Below are positions 47,941 through 59,104 of a stretch of 64,000 nt of DNA, one piece after another. The notes below the pieces were generated by a model. It did no database searches and was not told the DNA's origin. It saw only the letters and a program-made list of their open reading frames with translations. Every line of letters begins with the position of its first letter. Position 1 is the stretch's first letter. The translations under genes and the position numbers were made by a program. This stretch comes from Phoronis australis (Eukaryota > Animalia > Phoronida): contig NMRA01000697.1 in assembly GCA_002633005.1 (NCBI GenBank), forward strand, positions 62,001-126,000, in the 5' to 3' direction.

Positions 47941-50900
47941 TCAACATAAATCAGTGGACGTTGCCCTGCTGCACACAGGAACTCGGGCTGCAGCTAAGTC
48001 TAACGTGGTAAAAACCCCGATTTGTGCCTTTCGCATTTCACTTCCTCGTACAAAATCGTTTGCCACATCCACCAAATTTAGCTTATCGCACATGTCTTTG
48101 TGAACATGGAGCAACATTAAATGGTTCAACCTCCCCTGTCCCATTGTGGAACGTAAATATGACTTAACACGCCTAAGAGCACTAAATGCTCGTTCGCTAC
48201 TGGCATTTGTTGCAGGCATCACTAACAGCAAGTTTGCTAGTTTAATTACATTTTCGATCAAGTGTTTTTGACCGGCTGATAATTTCTGCAAATGATCCAC
48301 AACACGAGACAATGTTACCTCTTGACTACCATCCTGTGCATAATTGGCCCCAAACGTAGCCAGGTGACAGCGCAGTGTTGAATCAAAATCATCTTCATAA
48401 AAACTGATAACATCTTGGTATTCATTTTCAAAGTTTTCCCCTTTTGCCGCCTTGAGTATCAGCTCCTCACACTGCATATAAATTTTGTAATCTTCTTGAT
48501 CAAACCTGTCCCGTATTGATGCAATGATATTGTCAAGAGCTTCAAAATAAATTCTTCTATAATAATCTTCTGGACTCGAAGAAAACTCCGGAGGCGCATT
48601 TCCTGTTTCGTATCTAGCGGGTTTTCTATTGCGTCTAGGGAGACCAGGATCTTTGACGTGATGATCCTTTGCACAAGCTAGGACTTCATCCCAGAAGTTT
48701 TTAAATTCTCTGTCGTTTCTCATCCGTTCTAATGTAGTAAGGGTCATTTTGGCAATCTTTTGAGCCTCAGCCGCGGACATCTGAACGCTTTGTAAAGTTG
48801 TACTCAGATTGTCAGCATGCACCAACAGGCGCTCTGAAAGTACTAAACCGTAAAAGAAACTAAACTGTGTCATGTGAGACTGAATTCCACGTATCCGCGG
48901 TTTCATTTCTGAATCATTGCAATTTTGGACTCCCCAGGACCAGAGTTCCTGTAAACAATCATAGTTACCTATCACACGATTCAGAGCGTCAGCCTTCACG
49001 GTCCATCTCGTTGGACACAGTTGCCGAATATTACCCACTTCTCTGTCGTCAAGCAACGCATCTCGTATTTTATTCAACTGTGCGTCACGTTTGGGAGATT
49101 TTTTTATCAGTTTGGTAATTTCGTACGTGGTGTCTAAAGCATCTGCCATCAGCTTGCATCGTTTGATACTATCTGAGCAGGCAAGATTCAACGCGTGGCC
49201 ATAACAATGTGTGTACAGGGCGCGATGTTCTTCCTGTTTAATGTTGACAACGACTCCATTTTTGGACCCACTCATTGTGCTGCAACCATCATAGCATTGA
49301 CCACGACATCTGCTTAAAGACAAGTTCATCCGCAACAGTGTGTCTTTTAGAAGTGACGTAATTGTTTGGGCATCCATCAATTCCAAGCGGCGAAATCCGA
49401 TGAAATCTTCATGGGGTTGTAATGATTCGTCTACCCATCGGATACAAACGACGAGTTGTTCGCTATTAGACACGTCAGTAGTTTCGTCTGCCAGTATACT
49501 AAAATAAGGACTGCCGCGAATGCACGACGCTATTTCTCGGAGAACTTTTAAAGCCATCAGTTTGATCGCTTCATTTTGAATATCTGGAGACGTATATTTA
49601 TTTGTTTTCTGCGACAACCATGATTTCAAAATATCTGTCTCTGTTTCTTTTAGATGGAGTAGTTGAATAAAATTGGAATCTTGTTCATCTCCGTCACCCC
49701 TAAACGGTATACCTTGTCTTGCCAAAAAACGTATGTTTGTTAATATTTTCAGGAACATTCTGCGGTTTTTCGCTTTTTGCTCTCCGTGGGCTGTTGACAG
49801 TTGTTCCGCAACATCTTTGACAGACAACTTCACTATCAGTGTGCGTTCCATTGCTTCTTTATGGCACTCAGATTTCTCATGCTTCGTAAAGCCAGACGTC
49901 TTGTCAGTAGCCTTTTTCCAGTTGGTATAACCGGTAACAACAAATGATAGCTCTTGTTTTGCTGAAGACAGCAGACCCATGTGGTAAGCTTTTGCACATA
50001 TGTGACACAACACCTTATCTTCCCCCTCAATATAATGCAGCCACGGCCATGAGATAAACCACTGTTTTTGAAATTGACGATTTTTCTTGCCAAAAGGTCG
50101 TTTTGGAAAGACGTGATTTGAAGGTTGGTGTGGATGCTCGGGAATGTCGTGTAAACCACGTTTTTCTTGCATGGTGTGAGCCGACTGAGAAGAACTGTTT
50201 TGGTGAGTGTGGGAGTTTTCACTTGGTGCTGAAGAGCTACAATAAAGCTCCTGTGACTGGCTCGATGGTTCTAAATTCGTAGTACCAGATTTGTGAGTCC
50301 CAGCGTTCACCACAAGTGGCTCTGTGTGCAATGTGGCTTCTTCAGAAGTGCTGTTTGCTAACTGCGTAGGACAGCTACTGTGGGACTCCAGGACGTCCGA
50401 TAGTTCTGTGTTTGACGTTTCAGAGTTACTTTTTATATTCCAAGCTGAAGCACCTCCAGGTTTAGTGCGTGATGCGCCGCCTATTAAGTGAGTTTCGAGC
50501 GTGAGTGAGTTACTGGTTACAGGTAGGGATTTTACCTTAAAGAAGGCACCTATTTTTCTTTGGTGACTGGAAGCGTGCTGCTTCTTTGCTCTTGAACATT
50601 CCTGGGAATCGTCGCAAAATCTTTTTTTATTCATTTGACACTCAGGTACAGGGCGTGTGTTTTTTATTCTAACTGCTACGACATGATTTGGTTCAAAAAT
50701 CGCGCCGGGTCGGTTGTCAAGATTTCCATCTCTAGACCACAAGAAAATCGCATATTTGTTGCATGAAGCATTTCCTAATACACGTGGTAAGATCTCCCCA
50801 TGAAGGGAATGAACACTTTTTCCTACGTCGGGATATACACTTGTTACTGGCATTTTCAATACAGACGACAGACCCATGACAGCCATGAGACCACTCCAAT

Positions 50901-51143
50901 TCCCATCGTGGCACAGATGCTTTGCCTCTCTTACAATGGCTGCTTCATTATCATCGTTTACAGTGTCTCCAAGACCGTCCTCCTGAGACATTACCACAGT
51001 GAATAATGTTTGAAAATCCGAAGATATAGAGTTTTCTTTCTGAGTAGCAGCAATAACGTGTGGGTGCCTTGCATAAAAGTCAGAGTGAATGAAGAGCTCG
51101 GCTGCAGTCAGCAGCCTTAATGTCACGTGGAGGGATTCGTCAC
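47941..51143 (-). CDS. hAT transposase (TTF zinc finger, DUF4371/ZMYM1-like, DDE core, hATC) carrying the C-terminal half of a vertnin-type OTU domain; main exon
   Basis: Uninterrupted 1061-aa ORF with FQKQWF..WPWL..CHIC, ARQGIPFRG, DETTD, CYDG, HCYGHALNL, TRW, SERAFSALRRVKSYLRSTMGQGRL; acceptor tttatag at 51144. Confidence 0.93.
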
Positions 51144-53064
51144 CTATAAACAGAAATTAAGCAACTGCAAGGTTGTATCAAGAGATTACTTGCCTTTATA
51201 AAATAAGGCCATGCGATACTTTAGATAGGTTTTGAAATTCTGTGTAATGACAAGAAATTCGTAAATGGGCCTTATTCCAGGAATGAGTTTATAGACATAA
51301 TTTCGACTTTCCGAAATGGCACTTTTAGTGAATGCCAATGGATTTTTTCCCATTTCACGTCCCCAACTTCATGGCAAATGCCCAAAATGCGCTCATACAC
51401 AGAACAAAGTACGGGATGATAGTTGTTTCAAAGGGACAAGCCACATACATGTAACCGCCGTCGCGAACCTAACATTACTATTTGCACAATTTCAGGTTAG
51501 TTTTCTGCTAGGAAACCGGAAACTTGTCGCAATTTTTTATAATCTAAGTTTTGCATTTTGTGCTTTTAAAGTTATGTAGAACCTAATAAGAGTTCCAATT
51601 TTTTCCAAATTCAAAAATGTATTGAATTTGCATCGAACTTTCAAATTCCGATACACTGTTCTCGAACACGCTGTTAGGAATTTTTCTTAAAATGTTCGAC
51701 TTTTGCATGAGGGCTAATCAAAATAGTGCTTCAGATTTTTATGAAAACGTTTTAAAGTTGCATAAAACGAAAACGAAACGATATTTTAGAAAATTGTAAC
51801 AGCGTTTTTGAGATTTTATCTTAAACAATTATACTACACGAAATTTGCGCATGCTATTGACGCCGTTGTTTTGTTTGATTAACAGAATGTACCTTATTAA
51901 TTTGCTAAATTTTCCTATAAGTTAATGTCAAGCAACCTATTTAGTTGCGGACTGGTATGAAATCAAAAATCAAATTCTACGGAATTACTACTTTCCAAAA
52001 ATATACTTTTGCTGGGCTAAGTTGTATACAATTTAGTATATATGTATTTGGCTAAATATACAGGCATGACGAGAAGGTGCTACATAACCTTAGTAAGGCG
52101 CGATGTGTTAATGTAAAAACTAATTTTGTATTTTTAGGCTGTTGTGATAATTTGCATAGGCTATTTACTTCGTAGTTTCTGTTAAACACGCACTCCGCTA
52201 ATGGGCGTCATTTTGCTTCTCCAAATTGAACTTTGGTTCATTTGACATTTAGTAGTACAGCAAAGCCTATAACATATTTTTTAACGTACATGTATTTCTT
52301 TTACTTTTTGGGTATGAAAGAAGGAATTCTGTGTTTCATATTCTTATGTTTCACTGAGCTACTACTCGCGTTTCATAAGAAAGTGAAATACGTTTCTGAT
52401 TTCCCCGTTATAATGCGACACTATGGGACTTACTAAAGTAGTTCACAAATTCTATTTTGTCATTGTACTACAGCCACTGTTGAATGCTATCCGGAAATAT
52501 GGTGAACAAACAAAATTTGAGACCAAAATGCAAAAGGTGCACGTGTATTATCACCGTGGTCAAATCAATAACTGCTTCCTGTGCAAACGATCAAATCTAC
52601 GGTCTTCCAGCATAGGAGTTGAGTGAACGTAGTTAATGTTAAATGCATGCACTTTATGCATGAATACCACAGTTGGAGAAAGTAGTCTGCACTATAGATA
52701 AACTGTGGGTCGTTGACCCCTTTTTTCAATTTTTCACTCCCAGTTCTTTGGAAATTTCATTGAAAATATTTAAACTCTTTAATTTTAGAGAATGAGCGTT
52801 AATACTATAAGTTTTTCGTCATTATACACGTCATTGTCACACAAGTTAAGATATATCTCTATTCATCACCATTTAAAACAGGGTACACGTTTGAATTAGC
52901 CGATACCTCAAAACCCAGGCATTTTCTACCATAATAGCCAATGACTTCTATTTTAGCAACGGGTAATTCATTACATTTCTAGACAGACCGTGTGATTTGT
53001 CGTTTACATTCAGCAAAAACACGATCAGAAAACAAACACTATGAGCCAAAATCGGTTCTTAATA

Positions 53065-53201
53065 CATGGGCGGCGCACTATAGGGGGCTGAGAGGCTATC
53101 ACCCCCCTTAATTCAGTGGTGCACCGTCCGCGGGCGTAGGCTGCGCACCTGATAGGGGGCTGAGGGAATATAGCTCCCCACTAAATGCTGCGCCGCCCAT
53201 G
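53065..53201. mobile_element. 137-bp hAT-type MITE with 5-bp TSD
   Basis: Perfect 13-bp TIR catgggcggcgca / tgcgccgcccatg; TAATA on both sides. Confidence 0.85.
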
Positions 53202-53256
53202 TAATATCGACTGAAGAAAAAGTCAAAAATCTATTACGAAAAATATAATGTTATAC

Positions 53257-53533
53257 CAGTTATGCAAAGAGAAGCGGCTCGAAATAAACAGTTGCCGTCC
53301 CCAGATGTGCGAATGGGTTCGTGTGTTGACTGGTGAGATTCGGGAATTATGCATTTTGCGAACTCGTCGATCAGAGCATTTTCCAACAAACTACTTGTAG
53401 AAAGAGGGGATTCAACAGCTTGAGTTACAAGATTACTGTATGTGTCGTATAGACTTTCAGCTTTCTGCGAGTCGTATCCAATCGACGCCACGAGTTCTCC
53501 AAGGCCCTGTAAAATACAGAATTTGTGACCACT
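53257..53533 (-). CDS. Upstream exon of the OTU-hAT fusion (OTU Cys box); 5' end lost in the gap
   Basis: ..IPESHQSTHEPIRTSGDGNCLFRAASLCITG followed by a phase-1 GT donor that splices in frame to 51143. Confidence 0.8.
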
Positions 53534-53846
53534 NNNNNNNNNNNNNNNNNNNNNNNNNNNNNNNNNNNNNNNNNNNNNNNNNNNNNNNNNNNNNNNNNNN
53601 NNNNNNNNNNNNNNNNNNNNNNNNNNNNNNNNNNNNNNNNNNNNNNNNNNNNNNNNNNNNNNNNNNNNNNNNNNNNNNNNNNNNNNNNNNNNNNNNNNNN
53701 NNNNNNNNNNNNNNNNNNNNNNNNNNNNNNNNNNNNNNNNNNNNNNNNNNNNNNNNNNNNNNNNNNNNNNNNNNNNNNNNNNNNNNNNNNNNNNNNNNNN
53801 NNNNNNNNNNNNNNNNNNNNNNNNNNNNNNNNNNNNNNNNNNNNNN

Positions 53847-54870
53847 TCTTCTGACATGTCCGAAAAGTGGAAGGCATTGAACTGGCTAATGAACACACAG
53901 TAATTAAGCGGGTTCCCGTCAAACGCGGCAACTTTAAACTCGGGGAGTAGTATACTCTAATTTTCATAAGTGAGGTACACGAGGCCGCTTGTTGTGGCGG
54001 GACAGTAGATGCTGATTGTAGCGGGGTAGTCGTCTTGCATGTAGGTACACTCGGTTTTTTATCCTCAGTCGAGCAAGCCGAGCGGGTTTTGAAACCTCGT
54101 TCAGACACATTTTCACGACACGCAAGGATTTGCTTTTCCGCTTCACCCTACGCAACTTTGCTTGCAGTTCTAATTCGCGCTCAATGTAGCGTCTCTTGGT
54201 CTCGAGGGCGGCCCTTTTGGCCCGGGCTTTGACAAGTGCACTAGAAATTCTTGAAGTTGAAGAACACCTACTGCTTACTTGTGAGACACTGTCAGGAAGC
54301 TGTTCTTCATCGCCATCAGCGCCCTTGCGCACAGTCACAAATCTGTCATCCATCATGGCTTAGACAATAAACGCAAGTTTTGTATCATGTTGCCGTGTGA
54401 ATATACGAAAGAATGTAATGGTATTGCAATCTTTATTTTTGTTCCGTGGCCTAAATGTGGCTCATGAACAAAGCAAAAATAAAGTCTGCACACCACTGAA
54501 TACCATACAAAACTTGTTTGAATCTTGTCTTTAAAGAACAAGGAACTCAAAATTAACAAAATGGCTGACAAGGGCCGTGGCCAACACAAGACACACAGAA
54601 AAAACAGATCATGGAAACAAATTGTACACAAAAATTACAGCAAATTGAATATAATAGTATCTACACAAATATACAAACTAAGAGAAATTAAAATGTACAA
54701 ACTGCCTCCAAAACAAAGCAAATGATACAGATAAAGAAAGAAAATACTGACCAGACACACGACAACAGCTAACGGCTTGACGCTTCAGATGATTGGGGCA
54801 GAGTGAAATAGCGAACCAGTGAAACAATAGGCTAGAAAACTAATACGAAGTAAAACAAAAGAACCTCACA
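53847..54870 (-). mobile_element. BEL/Pao LTR retrotransposon 5' fragment (frameshifted gag and putative LTR)
   Basis: PDSVSQVSS..SS..KARAKRAALE and FDGNPLNYCVFISQF motifs of BEL/Pao gag; candidate TG..CA LTR at about 54440-54870. Confidence 0.7.
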
Positions 54871-55836
54871 TACAAAATACACAATGAACAAAATAACCTG
54901 CAAATTATCCGCAACAATAATAATCAAAAATGTGTTCCAAGGGCTCTTGTTTACGAAAGGAATGATTTTGTTTCTAAATTTCTATGGAAAGTCCTCCACT
55001 GCAACCAATGTAATAAGCTATCCACAGTACAAAGCTACATAAAAGATGTTTGCCTATTTTTATCTATCTGAAAACCTTTATCTGAAAATTTCGTATGTTG
55101 AGCAATTAGTTCATCACATTTTTGATGTCACTGCAGCATGAATTTTTACTAAAGAATGTACTTTTATCAAACGGCACAAAAGGTCCAACAAATATATGAC
55201 AGAGCTCAAAATCTGTGAGAAAGAAAATTTCGACAAGAAAAAATGCCAAGATTCAAATTCATCTGAGCTAAATTAGTCGTTTTGTATATAAAATACAGAG
55301 CATTCCGCATGGTAATCTGCAGAAAATACAGTCGCATAAAAGCAAAGCTGTAAAATCATTGAAAGTCACTGTATAGACGGCTATATACCCACTTTCCATC
55401 AAACAAAAACATTGAGATTACTTACTGTTTTGGAACTGGTCCCAATTAATGGTTCTTCAGTCAAATCGGCGGTGATTTCAGTACTTCGAAAGGTCCGTCT
55501 GAAAGCTTGTTATTTGTTCAGACCAAGATCACAAAATTTCAGGACACGCCGTGACCTGAAATTTTATGTGCAGAGGCCGCTCCTATACTGATTAGACCAA
55601 CTTTGTAACGGCAAATTGTCTCAATCAAATTTTTATTTTTTATTAGAAAAGTTTTAATGCCGCTTCAAATATACAGTGCATTTGGATATAGGCCGACAGT
55701 CTATATGTACTTTTACCACAACACGTGATGGCTTGCTAGAGCACGCAGTTCTAAACTTGCTTCGTGACAAGTACATGAATTACCCTTCAATGACGCGTTC
55801 CACAGTCAAGAATCGATTGCGTTGCAGTCAAGTTAA

Positions 55837-56133
55837 AGGGGAAGGCAACTTTTTTCATGGCATTTTTAGTAAAAATAGGACTCGTTGATTATGCCAGACA
55901 TATGTTTCAGTTAATCACGGGTCCCCGTAATTTTATTAATTAGTCGTTCACTACTCCGGAAGTGACATTAAGAATTCCCCGCCGTTTTGTTTCTAGTGCA
56001 TTCGGTTTACTGTGAGGATTTGTTCTACTGTTGTTTTTGTGCTGGTTTCCTAAAGTTGTCACCACCACTTCCCATCGACGAGTATTCTACGACAATTTAT
56101 GTTGTTAGAGAACTCAGTTACGTTGGATTTAGG
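55837..56133 (-). mobile_element. Solo terminus of a related Kolobok family
   Basis: ttaa|aggggaaggcaac; aligns with the reverse complement of 25570-25875 with many substitutions. Confidence 0.8.
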
Positions 56134-56770
56134 AATCTTTTAGTTTGCAGTAACTTGCCTGGGAATTCAACAATCAGTGGCGTGTCTTCCATTCCCTCTC
56201 ACGCCTCTTTCATTTAGATTGTCATGTTTTATAGGGATCTCTGTACAAAGTTTGTCAAAATATACTAATCTTTTCACATCCAGACGCAACCATACTTTAA
56301 ACTAAAGGCAAAATCAAGCAGAAAAGCTTGTCCGAAAAAATGTGAGAATTGTACATCAGCACCAAATGCACCGTTGAACAAAACATGGATGCCCATGGAA
56401 ATTAGTATTTACTTATCAAATTATCGATTCAGACTTTGGCGAGTGTAATATTGTACTTTGTTTTCAAGCGCTTGACAATTGAATAATGAATGGAATTAAT
56501 TAACATTAACCACTCAGGATTCAATGCGTCAATTAATTTTAATAATACCCGGGTTGTTGATCAGCTTTTAGGACTTTGAATAATTTACAAGACCGTTTAC
56601 AAAACAGCGGGCACGTAGGTTAATGACATGTGAAATCACAGACAAATGCACTGCACAACAGATCATCAACTTAGTCGTAACTTTTATTGCACAATAGGTT
56701 CATTTCTCCATAAAGGGGGTTGGCTGTTGAAAGCTGAAAAACGCGAAATCTACCACCTCTCAGAAGAACG

Positions 56771-56834
56771 ATGCTGCTCTCTGGGTTTAATTTGTGCATT
56801 TTGGTAACACCTATATCACTGCTTTCTGCTGTTG
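56771..56834 (+). CDS. Predicted signal-peptide exon of the kringle protein gene
   Basis: MLLSGFNLCILVTPISLLSAV with phase-1 donor gtaggt, compatible with the phase-1 kringle exon. Confidence 0.55.
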
Positions 56835-57265
56835 GTAGGTACCGTTAAGGGGTCAGCACAGCCGAAGGGCTATGCGCTCCGAATGCCAATGAGCTTAGCT
56901 CATAGCATACGTCTGCGGCGAAATAAACCGTGAGGATTTTCCCTCTCAAGGCGTTGATGCCAATGTTGAATTTTATTTACCTGGGGAGTGTAAATCGTCA
57001 TGATATGCAGGAGAGGCGAGCGTATTATTTAGCCGAATACTTTTGATAGGAAAAGAAGGTACGAATTCTTTTCGAAGTGGTTTCAGGGTTTGGAAAAATG
57101 TGACGTTATTACTTGGGACCTGGGTTAGGGCCTAAATCCAAACTCAAACACAGATATTTTATGAAATTTTGTTGTTTCCAATTTGATTAATGATGACTTT
57201 AATACTCGTGATTCATCTTTGCACGGTGGGGTCACTGAAAATGACTTTTAAGTCGGCCTACCTAG

Positions 57266-58327
57266 TAGCCAGCCAGCTGTATGAAGAAAATCGTCAAAAA
57301 CAGCTAGGTACCACTTAGCCAACCAGCTAGCTGTATGAAGACTGTCGTCAAAATACAGCTAGGTACCACTGTGTGTATTACACATAGTTTACCTAATTAT
57401 CGGACGGAACCTAAGTATCGGACATTTCAAAAAATCTTACTTGAAGCATAATCTGAGAATTAAATGACACCAATTGTTGTTCCGTTGTAATGCATTCAAT
57501 GTCCGGCACCGTCTCGTTTTTTACAGCGTTGCCTCGTTTTGATTTCACCGAGAGAGGGTGCAATTTAGACCCCCAAGTCGGNNNNNNNNNNNNNNNNNNN
57601 NNTACCAAGGCTAGGTATCACTGTGTGTTTTTTTTCCATAGACCCCGAAATTGCACACAGGCAGCCAAGCCAGGGTAGTTCTGGTCGTCAACTCGCCGTG
57701 AAACCTGTATCAACCTGTAGAGCTAAAGACCGTACGGGGTGCATGCAAAACTTGGGAATCAAACGACACTCACCTTGCCCGTTACAGCCGTTTAAGTGGA
57801 AAACTTTCTTGCGTAATCCTCCACCTTTTCTAACAAAGAAAAGTTATTTCGTCTTTTTGAAAACAGTACACTCGTGACACGCGCACGCTCCATTTCCTAA
57901 TTTTTTGCGAGATCTCTTGGGAGATGATGATAGATTGGCAGAAGCAAAATTTCTTCTGAAATTCGGTTCTTCGGTATACAAATTCTAAAAGCTTATAATG
58001 AAGTGAAACCAGTTCCGATAATTTGTTGTGACGTGTACGCAATTTCGTGAAAGAACAACAGGTGATTGAAGAATCTGCAAAAAAAGAAACTGGCCAATAG
58101 GTGACGCAATATTTTATGGTGCCGAAAGCTGACGCAGATCGCTCTACAACTTCAGCAGCAGAACAACGGTAGAACTCCAATTTTTCAAAAACCAGAATAT
58201 AATTTCATTTACTCAAATAAGTGTGTAGTTTTTAATAACACTAATTTTGTGTCATATTTCATCTGGTCATTTTTTACCCACATCGGCGCAAAGCTGTATA
58301 CTAGTATACAGCTTTGTACCAAGGCTA
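57266..58327 (+). mobile_element. Tandem and nested copies of the TAGCC..GGCTA hairpin-ended family
   Basis: Duplicated left end at 57266-57378, insertion of the CAC-ended element, gap, then a near-complete copy ending caaagctgtatactagtatacagctttgtaccaaggcta. Confidence 0.75.
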
Positions 58328-58414
58328 CCTACCTACACGCTTGATCAATCCCAATAAGTTGAGTCAATTGGGAAGATGGAAACCGCTGGTATAGCTCACT
58401 TACAGAACTTACTA

Positions 58415-58425
58415 AACACACACAA

Positions 58426-58457
<32 letters not shown>

Positions 58458-58603
58458 GTATATGGAAATATGTGTAGATATGTATATGTGAATAATGTGG
58501 ATATGCGTATGTGTGTGTGTGTGTGTTTGTGTGTGTGTTTGTGTGTGTGTGTGTATGTATATAAATGTATGTATTATACATATGTATATGTATATATATA
58601 TAT
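58415..58603. repeat. Compound (CA)n/(TA)n/(TG)n microsatellite
   Basis: Seen directly. Confidence 0.95.
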
Positions 58604-58609
58604 TGTTGC

Positions 58610-58740
58610 CATGATGATTTATAATACTTTTATTTTACCCCAGTTTAACTATGCAGATATTGTGTATAATAACGCAAATTTAACTTTACTATGTAACCTT
58701 GAAAGACTTCAGTATCAAGCTTTTCTTTCTGTATCAGCAG
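58610..58740 (+). mobile_element. LINE (CR1/L2-like) ORF2 fragment
   Basis: IYNTFILPQFNYADIVYNN....LERLQYQA resembles the conserved post-RT region. Confidence 0.6.
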
Positions 58741-59104
58741 CTGACACGAATTCGATGACAATTACAGACTGAGGAATTCATAATTGGACCCTCCTTGTTG
58801 AGGAAACCACACTTGATTATTCATTTATCATCTTAGCTACCATTAAATGTGATACATTTCCTATTGGTATACAGCTGAAAAACTACTGAATATATAGTTA
58901 CCCGGTATTATCCTCAATCAATTAGAAAAACTCCATTTTTTGCCGGTTCGCTTTTGTGGAATATTTTTTACCGCTGTAAATAAAAGTAGCCCAACCACTG
59001 TCATCATTAAAAATTGTGTTCAATTATTTCTCCATAAAGACACTCTTGTTAATCATTTTAGATGGGGTTATACCTCAATTCACAATAATTTCATAACGAA
59101 TTTA

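Larger units (their letters stand above)
47614..53533 (-). mobile_element. Potentially autonomous hAT element (only one terminus visible; the other end is lost at or beyond the gap)
   Basis: Terminus caggtccgtaggaagg..gggggggcac 327 bp downstream of the transposase stop codon. Confidence 0.75.

Noticed and set aside
47941-51126. Calling the ORF a host ZMYM1, ZNF862 or VRTN gene
   Set aside because: No MYM fingers, catalytic motifs retained and a transposon terminus nearby; treated as a transposase, so no symbol given.
53234-54108. ORFs spanning the N gap that suggest a gag-OTU fusion
   Set aside because: Joined only by unknown bases; the two sides belong to different elements.
55425-55498. 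Possible minus-strand exon (RTFRSTEITADLTEE..)
   Set aside because: Plausible splice sites only; no recognisable domain or partner exon.
58396-58610. His/Thr- and Cys/Val-rich ORFs
   Set aside because: Translations of dinucleotide microsatellites.
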